From Eledone cirrhosa (Eukaryota), in contig OZ024741.1 of the NCBI GenBank assembly GCA_964016885.1, forward strand, positions 289,106,001-289,170,000: 64,000 nucleotides of DNA, in the 5' to 3' direction. Each line of letters begins with the position of its first letter. Position 1 is the stretch's first letter. The notes beneath the pieces are model-generated. The model saw nothing but the letters and a program-made list of their open reading frames with translations. It had not been told where the DNA came from and made no database searches. This document shows positions 11,812 through 25,419 of the stretch, piece by piece. The translations under genes were made by a program, and so were the position numbers.

Positions 11812-12460
11812 CTAGCAGCAGTACCCAGCGTTGCCTGGGAAGGTAAAATAATATCTGCTTTGATGAAAAGGTGTTGATCTTAGCGACTGCTTCTCGATGA
11901 CTCATCTATGGCTACACACACAGGCTATGCGGGGGAGGGTGGTGATGATTTCTATCACTGAGAAACGCGGGTCACTGACGAAGGGGCATACTGGGGGAGG
12001 GAGTTTCGAATTTGAACGAAATCGGTTGAAAAATGTGGGAGCTAGAGCCAAAAAGGCGGAAATTTGAGCGAAAATGTGGTATTTTCGAATATTTAAGCGG
12101 CTGCCACGCCGTTCCTGAACAACAAATGCAAAATATAAAGCCATTACAGGATGTGCAATGATAAATTCTATTTTGCTTTAAAATTTGAACGAAATCGGTG
12201 GCAAAATGTGGGAGCTAGAGCCAAAAATCTTATTTTTCGATACCTAAAAAAAGGTGACCCCCTATCGATTTTTATCTGCAGAATGACCCCGGAATAAAAA
12301 AAAAAACGATACGCTGATATATAGAAAACACTCCCCGATGACTAATCTATGAGCCTGTAAAGATTCATGAAAATCGGTCGTAAGATGTAGGCCCCTATAG
12401 GTAATACACAGACACACAGACACGCACACACACACATACTTAATTTTATATATATACAGA
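11812..12460 (-). mobile_element. Non-autonomous Helitron
   Basis: On the minus strand: 5' TC start (tctgtatatatataaaa), 3' hairpin cccag-gcaacg-ctggg then CTAG; inserted between A and T, no TSD. Confidence 0.75.
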
Positions 12461-12517
12461 TATATGTATATATAAAGAATAACAAAAGGTTTGACATTGA
12501 TGGTTTTATTGATTAGG

Positions 12518-12650
12518 CTCTTCTTCTTCTTCTTCTTCTTCTTCTTCTTCTTCTTCTTCTTCTTCTTCTTCTTCTTCTTCTTCTTCTTCTTCACTCACTT
12601 CTTCCTGAGAGGGACGTGAAGGCAGAGTCCTCAAACACACCTTCCAGCAG
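12518..12650 (-). mobile_element. RTE LINE 3' tip with (GAA)n tail
   Basis: ggcagagtcctcaaacac is shared with the RTE 3' fragment at 40745-40990 and sits next to (CTT)n. Confidence 0.6.
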
Positions 12651-12691
12651 TTCCTCGCTTATTATATATATATATATAGAGAGAGAAAGAG

Positions 12692-13073
12692 AGAATAAGA
12701 AAATGCGAAATTGTTTCAGATGTTAATGTCCTTTATTGATACGGCTGTGATACATATTTCAATGACGACAGTGGCGACGCAATTCTATGGACTCAGTGCC
12801 ATGATCCCACCAGAGAGCATCTTACATAATAAGGTTACTTTCCCGAGGCAATCCAAATTGAAACGACAATGGGACAGACAAAGATGATGTCCTTGAACCC
12901 TTCGTCCGTTCCCCTGTTAGGGGAACGTAACCTTATTATGTAAGATGTTGTATGAGGAGATCGTGGTACTGGGTACGCGGAATTGCGTGGTCACTGTCGT
13001 CATTGAAATATGTATCACAGCCTTATAAATAAATGACTTTCGCATCTAAAACTACTTCGCATTTTCTTATTCT
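12692..13073. repeat. Diverged inverted repeat (about 146 bp arms) carrying an HHR-like 3' half
   Basis: 12692-12838 versus 12927-13073; GAAA-tatgta-TC-acagc at 13005. Confidence 0.7.
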
Positions 13074-13150
13074 AAATATACTCTGTCATACCTATGTGGA
13101 AAAAGTACGTTGAGCGCTTGATTTGAATTGCATCAATGTTTACCGTAAGA

Positions 13151-13182
<32 letters not shown>

Positions 13183-14045
13183 ATGTGTGTGTGTGTGTGT
13201 GTGTAGAAGAGATATTAAATTTGTTGGAAATCCAACAAATATAGATGTTTACAACTGATTCAAAGCACTCGACAGATTTCTGGAGTAAGTATTCAATTGA
13301 TATTAAATAAATGGAAACTATATTTAGAAAACCATATTTATTCTATTATATATATTTCAAGGGTAGCAAACATTTTGGTACGCTATCAAATCAACATCAT
13401 AGAATCGAGTTATAGAATTGTATGAAGAATTGTTGTTGTAAGTGTTTTTATCTTATTGCATTGGGATGGGTGGTGTATATAGGTGTCTCTATATATATTT
13501 GTTGGTTGCATATGCATTGATTGTTTGTGTAAACAGGTATGAGTTGCGAGGGATGTTGAGAGTTTTATTTTCGAGTTGTGAGATTGGAATAGTTTGTGGA
13601 TTCAAGGGTTTTCGGCATTGAGGGTGTTTTCGGAGTATTGTTGATTTGGCGAGGCTGTATAGGTTGTCAGGCTGAAATTGTTGAGGAGGGGGAAGGGGAG
13701 GGCCGCTTGAACGTTGATTTGGGGAAGGTGTATTCAGACATTTATCTATATTTGTATGGAGAAATGTTTGTCTTATTGTAGTGGTATATAGGTGTCTATA
13801 TATATGTATTTTAGTGGTGGCATGTGTGTTTTTTTGAAGGGATGGTTTGTTTGTAATATGAGTTACGAGGGATGTTGATTTGATAGCGTACCAAACTTTT
13901 TGGTACCCTTGAAATATATATAAATATAGTTTCCATTTATTTAATATCAATTGTATATATATATATGTGTGTGTGTGTGTAAAAGGTAAACAGAAATAAC
14001 AACACAATCGGTACAGTATATGGAAGGTATATATTAGGTTAAGGG

Positions 14046-14081
14046 TCTTAACATTTCGGACGCTAGTCCTTCATCAGAAGA
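14046..14081 (-). ncRNA. Minimal type I hammerhead ribozyme (helix III CpG-decayed)
   Basis: Minus strand reads tctt-CTGATGA-a-ggac-tagc-gtcc-GAAA-tg-TT-aaga. Confidence 0.65.
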
Positions 14082-14764
14082 AAGAACGAGAAATAAAATA
14101 GATTGAGGGGACGGGCGGGTTGGAATTGGAAAAAATGTCTTTAGATAAAAATAACAGGTCCATTCATGTTGACATCAGAGAGAGAGAGGGTGGGAGATAT
14201 AGATTTATATATACATACATGCAAATGTCCATATGTCTGTGTGAACATGTGTATGTGTGTTTAATATTGTGTATTGTGTATATAATCTATGTATGTATAT
14301 ATGAGTATTCATTTCCCATGTTCTGAATTTTGCGATCCCAGCAAAGAATGAAAAGAAAACAAAAAAAAAACAACCACAACAAAAAAAAAAAAACAACAGA
14401 AAAGTCAACACACATACAAATTTGGGAGTGGCAAATAAAAGAGGCAGAGTTATTAAAAAGTAGAAAATGACAAAGACAGGACAGGAATGTTTTAACAGAA
14501 TCATCTCACAGTCTTTCTTGTACGACATTGTATTCTACTTTGTTTTAATCATTGGTTACTTATTGTTTTATTTACAGAAGATAAGTTATATTACACAAAT
14601 ATATACACATACATGTACACAAACACACACACACACAAACTCACACAAACTCGTGCACACACTCGTGCAGACACACACACATATATACGTACGCACGCAC
14701 TAATATAGTTGTAAACGCACACATGCATATATATATATATATTTATATCATACATATACATTAC

Positions 14765-14807
<43 letters not shown>

Positions 14808-15333
14808 GGTGATGGTGGTAGTGGTAGTAGTAGTAGTAGTAGTAGCAGGAGCAGCAGTGATATTGCATTTACCTTTTATTATTTAATTAACCAATCTTCA
14901 TTTGGTTTACTGCTGTTGCTCTATGTTGCACAATTTGTTTTATTTTTTCATGATATAGTTATTCTCACTGTTTTTGTCCACCATGTTTGTTTCCCTTTCA
15001 TTTTTTATTTTATATTATTTGTTGAAGGATGTTTGTTTATTTCTTGTGTTACTTTTTCGTGTTATTTGTCATATAAACACACAAAACACGAAACTCACAA
15101 ACACCCCACCAACACTTCTCACAACCTCAGCACATCACCGTTCCTCCTTTCACTACATACACTAACCTGAAAAGTTTAATTAAAGCAATCGTGTTATCTT
15201 ATGTCATTCTACTTTTAACACGAGAACTTAGTAAATCAACCCAAATTCAGAAAATCTAGAGTGGAAATGTTTGAGATGGAGCGTACACCAAATTTTATGT
15301 GTATGTCTAGAAATACAAACCCACGCAAACGCA

Positions 15334-15441
<108 letters not shown>

Positions 15442-15579
15442 AACACACACACACATATATATATGTGTGCGTATGTATATACTCATATGTATACACACAT
15501 ATATATATGTATATGTGACTATATAGATACGTATATATATATGCATAGATACATACACACACACAAACAGATCTCCCCC

Positions 15580-15625
<46 letters not shown>

Positions 15626-15659
15626 TTGTGTATATATATATATATATAATATGTATCAT

Positions 15660-15850
15660 AGGAAAAAGTAAGACCCCGACGGCAGAGCTCAAGCCGTTTC
15701 GACGGCTATTTCTGGACTAAAATAGCCGTCGAAACGGCTTGAGCTCTGTCGTCGGGGTCTTACTTTTTCCTATTTCCCACTCTACTTCCCTAAGTATTGA
15801 GTACTCTGGTGCATTATGATCCATCTGGTTCCTTACCACAATTCCTTTGT
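15660..15850. mobile_element. Inverted pair of PLE pseudo-LTR fragments
   Basis: 15660-15718 minus and 15721-15850 plus form a near-perfect palindrome; (TA)n flanks. Confidence 0.75.
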
Positions 15851-16075
15851 AATATATATCATAGATAGATTGGAGATGTATGGTTGAAGCATAGAGAAAA
15901 AAGTTTGGAGAATTGTACACCAATACTTGGTGGTAGACATGGCTTTGGACACACATATATACATATATATGTATATATATACATGGTGTCTCCCAAACAT
16001 TTATACACAGTTCAATTGCATTCTAATAAATATGTGTATACATCTTTTCGGGACACCCTGTTTATACACACACAC

Positions 16076-16180
<105 letters not shown>

Positions 16181-16784
16181 TATATATCAAAAGTGTCAGG
16201 ACCCCGACGGCTGAGCTCCAGCCGTTATATATATACTCTCTCAAACAGACATACACAAATGGGTTTTCGTCTTTATCCCAGTCCAAATCTATATCTTTGA
16301 ATTGCTTGTTTAATAGTCATACACACATACATACACAGATACACAGACATTCATATACCTACATACACACACGCATATATGCACACACACACCACAATAA
16401 TATACATATTCTCACACATACTCATACTTACACACATACAAACAGATCTAGACACCACTCAATGCCGCTCATCCTTGATTCCCTTAAAACAAACTATAAT
16501 AAACTACTAAATATATAAACAATTATATGTATAAACCAATAAAATAAATAACATGACAACAAACAAATTAAAAATAACAAACAAAACACCCGTCAAAATT
16601 TTCTGAGTTATCTGCCGTTGGTCTTCAGCACAATTTTCCACATCTGTACAGTCGTCATTTCGTTGCTTTTAAATGTCGTAAAATATTTTATTAGCAGATT
16701 TTTATTATCCTTAACTCCTCTTATATTCCTCATTAGCAGCACGTTTTTATGTACTATAGAAAGTTCCGTTCACTCCACCTTTCC

Positions 16785-16822
<38 letters not shown>

Positions 16823-16964
16823 ACGCACATACACACACACAGACACACGCACACACACACACACACACAAACATAGACGTACACATACTCTCTCTCGCGC
16901 TCTCAATTTCTCTCTCTACATCCTCAATCACTAATAATCATTAGCGTCAGACACCATTCTTTAC

Positions 16965-17430
16965 AGCATAGAGTTATGGACCTTTATGTTCTGCGTTCAA
17001 ATCCCGCCGAGGTGAACTTTGCCTTTCATCCTTACGGGGTCGACAAAATAAAAAAGTACCAGTAATGCACTAGGGTAATTGCTGGCCTTGTGCCAAAAGT
17101 AGAAACAATTATTAGTTTTACTCTTTTAAGGGCGGTGGACTGACAGTATCAGTAGAGCAGTGGTTCCCAATGTGTGTTCCATGGAACCCAAGGGTTCTGC
17201 AAAGGGATGTCTGGGGTTCTGTAAAAAAAGGTAGAGGAGTATATTTATATAACGACCATATAACAGTATTAGAATTTGGGGTTCCCCAAAAAATTTCTGA
17301 ACCAAAAAGGATTCCGAATTTGAAAAGGTTTGGGAAACCCTGCAGTAGAGCATTAGACAAAATACGTTGCCGTATATGTTTACGGCCCTTTACGTTCTGA
17401 ATTTAAATCTCACTGGGGGTCAACTTAGCC
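16965..17430 (+). mobile_element. Two tRNA-derived SINE copies, the second interrupted by a MITE
   Basis: B box and central domain present; the A-box region cagtatcagtagag is split by the insertion. Confidence 0.7.
17158..17342. mobile_element. hAT (Charlie-like) MITE, 185 bp
   Basis: TIRs cagtggttcccaa / ttgggaaaccctg; 8-bp TSD cagtagag at 17150-17157 and 17343-17350. Confidence 0.88.
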
Positions 17431-18216
17431 AATTATACTTCTGCAGAAGACCAAATATGTGTGATTGTGCGTATACATTTCACTGTTTAGGTTTGTTCCT
17501 GTGTCTGTGTTTACTGTGTAACTTAGTGGTTAACTTAGTGGTTTGACGAAAATAAGCACTGGCATTGATATAATCGACTTTCCTTCCCCGCTAAATCGTT
17601 GGTCTTGTATCTATATTAGAAATAATTTTGTATTACCTTTTTACAGGCTTCTGTCATTAGACTGCGGCCATGACCAACATCGCCTTAAAATCGATCATAT
17701 TAACCAGAGTACTTTTTGTGGGGAGTTTGGTACTTATTTTTTCGATCTCTTTCCGTCGTAGCGCTAAGTTTCGGGACTTAGATACAGACACAAAGCTAAA
17801 CATAGACAGGGACACACACATATTCGGACTTCTGTAGTTTTTATCTCCCAAATCAGTCAGCCTAATACTATAGTAGAAACCACTTCCCCAAAGTGCTACG
17901 CTTAATGACTGCGTCTGAATCCCCATGGTTGCCAAGCGAAATCCTTAAAAGCATGGCCTTGCCTGCGCCTCGTATTTATTAATAATTTTATTTATTTATT
18001 TAACTATTTTATGTTTGTGATAATATATTTGACGTGGCCAATTCGTCTACAAATTTCCTTATATTTTCCTCTCTTATTTTTTTCCTGTAATTCTTGTTTA
18101 TTTTCCTTTTAATTTTAAATATCAACGTCGGGAGTTATGAGAGGTGCCAGGGGTTTATTTGTTAAGCATTCGCCATGAACTGTATTTGTTACACACACAC
18201 ATATATATATATTATA

Positions 18217-18273
<57 letters not shown>

Positions 18274-18871
18274 TCAGTTCGGATCTAGCTGTCGAAACGG
18301 CCGGAGCTCATTCATCGAGGTCTTGAAACGTTTTATATATATATATATATATATAATTTAGGTTTCGGCCAGTATAGGTCCAGGCCATGCCTAACTTAAT
18401 AACACCACCATATATAAATATATATATATTTTCTTTTAATATACTATATGTATAGTATATATATATACACAGTCTGTAGTAACTTCTTGTATATATATTA
18501 TATATACAAGAAGTTACTACAGACTGTGTTGGTATAGGTAGCACTAACACTAGCTACCTATACTAACACCGAGGGAGATTTGGCTATTCTTTCTAACGGT
18601 CAACATAAATAACCTCTTATTTGTAAATGTGGAGGAAGTAGTTAGTGGCAGTGTCAGTTGGTGCTATTCTATTCCTATGTAAAGGGGACAGGATTAGTCT
18701 ATTGTTAATGACCATATCACCGCTGGGTTTGAACTTTTGACCGCTGATACAAGTTTCATTCAGTTTTTTGTTGGTTGCCACTGAACGACATTTTATTGCT
18801 TTTATTGAAATTGTAAGCTTTACAATTATTGTTGTTGTTAAGCGAAAACTATTAAATTGGTATCTTTGTTT

Positions 18872-19537
18872 GTATGTATGTATGTATGTATGTATGTATG
18901 TATGTATGTATGTATGTATGTATGTATGTATGTATGTATGTATGTATGTATGTATGTATGTATGTATGTATGTATGTATGTATGTATGTATGTATGTATG
19001 TATGTATGTATGTATGTATGTATGTATGTATGTATGTATGTATGTATGTATGTATGTATGTATGTATGTATGTATGTATGTATGTATGTATGTATGTATG
19101 TATGTATGTATGTATGTATGTATGTATGTATGTATGTATGTATGTATGTATGTATGTATGTATGTATGTATGTATGTATGTATGTATGTATGTATGTATG
19201 TATGTATGTATGTATGTATGTATGTATGTATGTATGTATGTATGTATGTATGTATGTATGTATGTATGTATGTATGTATGTATGTATGTATGTATGTATG
19301 TATGTATGTATGTATGTATGTATGTATGTATGTATGTATGTATGTATGTATGTATGTATGTATGTATGTATGTATGTATGTATGTATGTATGTATGTATG
19401 TATGTATGCATGCATGCATGCATGCATGCATGCATGCATGCATGCATGCATGCATGCATGCATGCATGTATGTATGTATGTATGTATGTATGTATGTATG
19501 TATGTATGTATGTATGTATGTATGTATGTATGTATGT
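18872..19537. repeat. (TATG)n microsatellite with an internal (CATG)n block
   Basis: Direct reading. Confidence 0.97.
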
Positions 19538-19541
19538 TTAT

Positions 19542-20352
19542 GTCAGGTCACCAGTTGGTGCTACTGGTAACATGTATCCCAGTACAACCTGTCTCATGGT
19601 CGGGTCGTTGGCGACTAAACTGGCAACCCCACCAAGACTTCTTGGTGAGGAGGGTGACTTTGGACATCCTGCAGGACTAAAAACAAAACCTGTCAAAGGG
19701 CAAAGGAGCTCTTAAGAGTCAATGGCCATCCAAAATCACATATGTCAGGTCACCAGTTGGTGCTACTGGTAACATGTATCCCAGTACAACCTGTCTCATG
19801 GTCGGGTCGTTGGCGACTAAACTGGCAACCCCACCAAGGTTTCTTGGTGAGGAGGGTGACTTTGGACATCCTGCAGGACTAAAAACAAAACCTGTCAAAG
19901 GGCAAAGGAGCTCGTAAGAGTCAATGGCCATCCAAAATCACCGGGAGAGATGACCCCTTAGCCTTTGTCAAGGCAGAATTCTAGGAGAAGGAAAACTCTG
20001 ATATAACACCTGCAACCCTGATGATATCCAATGATGTTGACTTGTTCTTCTTTTTGGTAAATATCATCTTGGTTAAGAGAGTGGGACTGGCTTTGTGCAG
20101 TGCCTTTGCTCACTATAAAAGCTTCACGGCACAGGCATTGCTTTGTATCTGGAGATCTCTCTGCACTTGTCGTCACATGGTACCATGGGCCCAGCACTAT
20201 GTGTCAATAATTGTCACAAGTGTAGTGTCTGTACCAGAGTTTTCAAGTCGCTGGCTGGACTAAAAAGTCACACTCGTTCAGCGCATCGGTAGGGGTTCTC
20301 CTACATGGATATAAAGTAGTGGCCGTACTCGAAAACGAGTTGGCAGCCACCA
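19542..20352 (+). mobile_element. Non-autonomous RTE-derived element (about 610 bp) with its first 200 bp tandemly duplicated
   Basis: RTE-like 5' UTR motif tctaggagaaggaaaactctga; the 3' end encodes the C2H2 motif [23 protein letters not shown] (20221-20292); 19542-19739 is repeated from 19744. Confidence 0.75.
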
Positions 20353-20440
20353 TATATATATATATATGTATGTATGTATGTATATATATATGTATATATA
20401 TGTATATGTATGTATGTATGTATGTATATATGTATGTATG

Positions 20441-20475
<35 letters not shown>

Positions 20476-21474
20476 TTATGTATGTGTATGTATGTGTATA
20501 TATATATGTATGTATATGTATGTATATATATATGTGTATGTATATGTATGTGTGTATGTATATATATATATGTATGTATATGTATATATATGTATGTATA
20601 TATATATGTGTATGTGTATGTATGTGTATGTGTGTATGTATATGTATATGTATATGTGTATGTATATGTATATATATATATATGTATGTATATGTATATA
20701 TGTATGTATGTATGTGTATGTATGTGTATGTATATGTATGTATATGTATATATGTATGTATGTATATGTATATATATATGTATGTATATATATATATGTA
20801 TGTGTGTATGTATATGTGTGTATGTGTGTGTATGTATATGTATGTATGTGTGTATGTGTATGTGTATGTGTGTATGTATATGTATATATATATGTATGTA
20901 TATATGTATATATATGTATGTATATATATATATATATGTGTGTATGTATATATATGTATGTATGTATATGTATGTATATATGTGTATATATATATGTATG
21001 TATGTATATGTATATATGTATGTATATGTATATATATATATGTATGTGTATGTGTGTATATGTATATGTGTGTATGTATATATATGTATGTGTGTATATA
21101 TATGTATGTATGTATGTGTGTATGTATATATATGTATGTATATGTATATATATGTGTGTATGTGTATGTATGTATGTATGTATATGTATATGTATATATG
21201 TATATGTATGTATATGTATATATATGTATGTATGTATATGTATATATATGTGTGTATGTATATGTATGTATATATGTATATGTATATGTGTGTATATATA
21301 TGTATATATGTATGTATGTATGTATATATATATGTATGTATGTATGTATGTATATATATATGTATGTATGTATGTATATATGTGTGTATGTATGTATGTA
21401 TATGTATATATATGTATGTATGTATATATATGTGTGTATGTATGTATATGTGTATGTATGTATGTATGTATATG

Positions 21475-21507
<33 letters not shown>

Positions 21508-22336
21508 GTGTATGTATGTATGTATATATATATGTATGTATGTATATATATATATGTATGCATGTATGTATGTATATATATATATATGTATGTATGTATG
21601 TATATGTGTATGTATGTATGTATATATATGTATGTATGTATGTATGTATATATATATATATGTATGTATGTATATATATATATATGTATGTATGTATATG
21701 TATGTATGTATGTATGTGTATATATGTATGTGTGTGTATGTATATGTATGTATGTATGTGTATATGTATGTATGTATATATATGTGTATGTATGTATATA
21801 TATATATGTATGCATGTATGTATGTATATGTGTGTGTATGTATGTATGTATATATATATGTATATATATATGTATGCATGTATATATATATGTGTGTATG
21901 TATGTATGTGTGTATGTATATATATGTATATGTATGTATCTGTGTATGTATATATGTATGTATATATATATGTATATATGTGTATGTATGTATATATGTA
22001 TATGTGTATGTATGTATGTATGTACATATGTATATATATGTGTATATATATATATATATATGTATGTATGAATGTATGTATGTGTGTATGTATATATATA
22101 TATATATATATATATGTATGAATGTATGTATATATATATGTGTGTGTATATATATATATGTGTGTATATGTATGTGTGTATATGTATGTGTATATATATG
22201 TATATGTGTGTGTATGTATGTATGTATGTATATATATGTGTGTATATATATATATATGTGTATATATGTGTGTATGTATGTATGTATGTATATATATGTA
22301 TGTATATGTATGTATGTATGTATGTATATATATATG

Positions 22337-22369
<33 letters not shown>

Positions 22370-22440
22370 GTATATATGTATGTATGTGTATATGTGTATA
22401 TATATATATATGTGTGTGTATGTATGTATGTATATATATA
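20353..22440. repeat. Complex (TA)/(TG)/(TATG) microsatellite
   Basis: Direct reading. Confidence 0.95.
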
Positions 22441-23000
22441 TCTCATGGTCGGGTCGTTGGCGACTAAACTGGCAATCCCACCAAGGTTTCTTGGTGAGGA
22501 GGGTGACTTTGGACATCCTGCAGGACTAAAAACAAAACCTGTCAAAGGGCAAAGGTGCTCTTAAGAGTCAATGGCCATCCAAAATCACTGGGAGAGATGA
22601 CCCCTTAGCCTTTGTCAAGGCAGAATTCTAGGAGAAGGAAAACTCTGATATAACACCTGCAACCCTGATGGTATCCAATGATGTTGACTTGTTCTTCTTT
22701 TTGGTAAATATCATCTTGGTTAAGACAGTGGGACTGGCTTTGTGCAGTGCCTTTGCTCACTATAAAAGCTTCACGGCACAGGCATTGCTTTATATCTGGA
22801 GATCTCTCTGCACTTGTCGTCACATGGTATCAACTACAAAGCACTATGTGTCAATAATTGTCACAAGTGTAGTGTTTGTGCCAGAGTTTTCAAGTCGCTG
22901 GCTGGACTAAAAAGTCACACTCGTTCAGCGCATCGGTAGGGGTTCTCCTACATGGATATAAAGTAGTGGCCGTACTCGAAAACGAGTTGGCAGCCACCAT
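22441..23000 (+). mobile_element. Second copy of the RTE-derived element (5'-truncated)
   Basis: Near-identical to 19793-20352. Confidence 0.85.
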
Positions 23001-23496
23001 GTATGTATGTATGTATGTATGTATGTATGTATGTATGTATGTATGTATGTATGTATGTATGTATGTATGTATGTGTGTATGAGTGTTCTTCTGGTTTTAT
23101 AATTTTATACACTTTTATCAATAGAGGGAGAGAGTCAGTTTCTAACAGACACAAGTCTCATAGAAATTTAAACAACATCAACTAGGTAGATATGTCTGCA
23201 TGCATGCATGTGTGTGTAGGTATGTATACATGTATGTATGTACGTACGTACGTATGTATGATTGTATGTATGTATGTATGTACGTAAGTACGTATGTATG
23301 TATGTATGTATGTATGTATGTATGTATGTATGTATGTATGTATGTATGTATGTATGTATGTATGTTTCTCTTTCTCTTAATACGTATGTATGTGTGTAAG
23401 TACGTACGTATGTATGTATGTATGTATGTATGTATGTATGTATGTATGTATGTATGTATGTATATGTTTCTCTTTCTCTTAATACATATGTATTAA

Positions 23497-23901
23497 GATG
23501 ACCCCTTAGCCTTTGTCAAGGCAGAATTCTAGGAGAAATAAAACTCTGATATAACACCTGCAACCCTGATGATATCCAATGATGTTGACTTGTTCTTCTT
23601 TTTGGTAAATATCATCTTGGTTAAGAGAGTGGGACTGGCTTTGTGCAGTGATTTTGCTCACTATAAAAGCTTCACGGCACAGGCATTGCTTTATATCTGG
23701 AGATCTCTCTGCACTTGTCGTCACATGGTACCATGGGCCCAGCACTATGTGTCAATAATTGTCACAAGTGTAGTGTTTGTACCAGAGTTTTCAAGTCGCT
23801 GGCTGGACTAAAAAGTCACACTCGTTCAGCGCATTGGTAGGAGTTCTCCTACATGGATATAAAGTAGTGGCCGTACTCGAAAACGAGTTGGCAGCCACCA
23901 T
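23497..23901 (+). mobile_element. Third copy of the RTE-derived element (5'-truncated)
   Basis: Near-identical to 19949-20352. Confidence 0.85.
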
Positions 23902-25063
23902 GTATGTATGTATGTATGTATGTATGTATGTATGTATGTATGTATGTATGTATGTATGTATGTGTGTATGTATATATGTTTATCTTTTAATACATATGTA
24001 TGCATGTATGTATATATGTTTCTCTTTCTCTTAATACATATGTATGTATATATGTTTCTCTTTCTCTGAATACATATGTATGTATATATGTTTCTCTTTC
24101 TCTGAATACATATGTATGTATGTAAGTATATCCTCCTCCTTCAACTATCTTACCGTCTGCCCCTTGGCGAAATAACGTTTGTTTACAGTTAGTATACAAC
24201 TACGCTGGTTTGATTTTTAAAAACCTTTCATGTAGGAAATTGAATGGGCCTTCGCCGAGTTCAATGATGAGTGTTCCAGTTGTTCAATCAAAGGAACAGT
24301 CGGCTCATGAGATTAACGCGTGGCTGTGTATACCACTGATACAGTAGGCTTAACGAAAATTTCCATTGAAATTCGACGAGACACCTTCTGTGACAAGGCT
24401 GCCCCGATGGGCTTCCAAACAGTTTATGTATACTTAATTTGACTCATAAGCTTTTGGTCGACCCGAGGCTATGGTAAGTGACATACAATGAGATCAAACT
24501 CAAGACCTAATAACTGCGAAACTGACCCCTCATAATCCTTCAGCCACGCCGTGTCCATAGCATTTGTTTACATAATTCCATAACCAAAAAAGAAAAAAAA
24601 GAGAGAGAGAGAGAGACTGATAAAGAGAGAAATATATATACATTCTGTCATTACAACAGCAGAGGTTCGACGAGCTTTTGATTCCAGAGTCGGGCTAGAT
24701 CGATTCAGATCGAACCTTGAGCTGATCAATAGCGAAACATGCGTCACCAGTTAATAAACGTAATGAAGGGTTAGCAAATCGTTCTTGTATTATATGCAGG
24801 GCACAAACCAATATTTATTGATTCTTAAAGGAGCATAAACTGCTTATAGTGCCTTTCCCGGACCCTATCACATAAGCAACATTTTACGCTAATTAAATTT
24901 TATATATTCAAATGAAGTTGAGATATAAAAAAAATAAATTTAAAAAGAATTTATTATATTAAAAAAATATATATATAGGCGTTTGAAAAGTGTGTGTGTG
25001 TGTGTGTGGGGGGACTTGTCCCCTGGTACCCCCCTGAAACAAGGCCCTTGATTATATATATAT

Positions 25064-25130
<67 letters not shown>

Positions 25131-25419
25131 TGAAAGTGAAAAGAGAATAAAAGAAAAAAAATGAAGATCTCAGGATTGAATTTTCAATCAATCGATAGGA
25201 ATTGGAATATCTTTTTGGAATCGAACCCGGACTCTAGGATTGCTTCATTGTAAATTAGCCACAAACACTATGTCACTCAGATAGAACTTTATGAGTAAAT
25301 AAATAAAAAGGAATTAATTAAAATGGCTGATGGTGTTCATTGTAAATTTGTTGTTATTGTTATTGTCGTAGTTGTCCTTATTATTGTTGGTATTGATGTA
25401 TGTGTTGTTATTACTAGTG

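Noticed and set aside
15982-16061. Tiny Tc1/mariner-like MITE (catggtgtctcc / gggacaccctg)
   Set aside because: The TIRs are imperfect, the TA TSD is not clean and there is a single copy. Too weak to call.
19768-19810. Twister-like motif (taac...tccc...ggg) in the RTE-derived leader
   Set aside because: The conserved L4 residues and pseudoknot pairings are missing; an HDV-like reading fits better.
18617-22564. Long YI/HT/CMYV ORFs (also at 38-39, 42 and 58.8-61 kb)
   Set aside because: These are translations of microsatellites.
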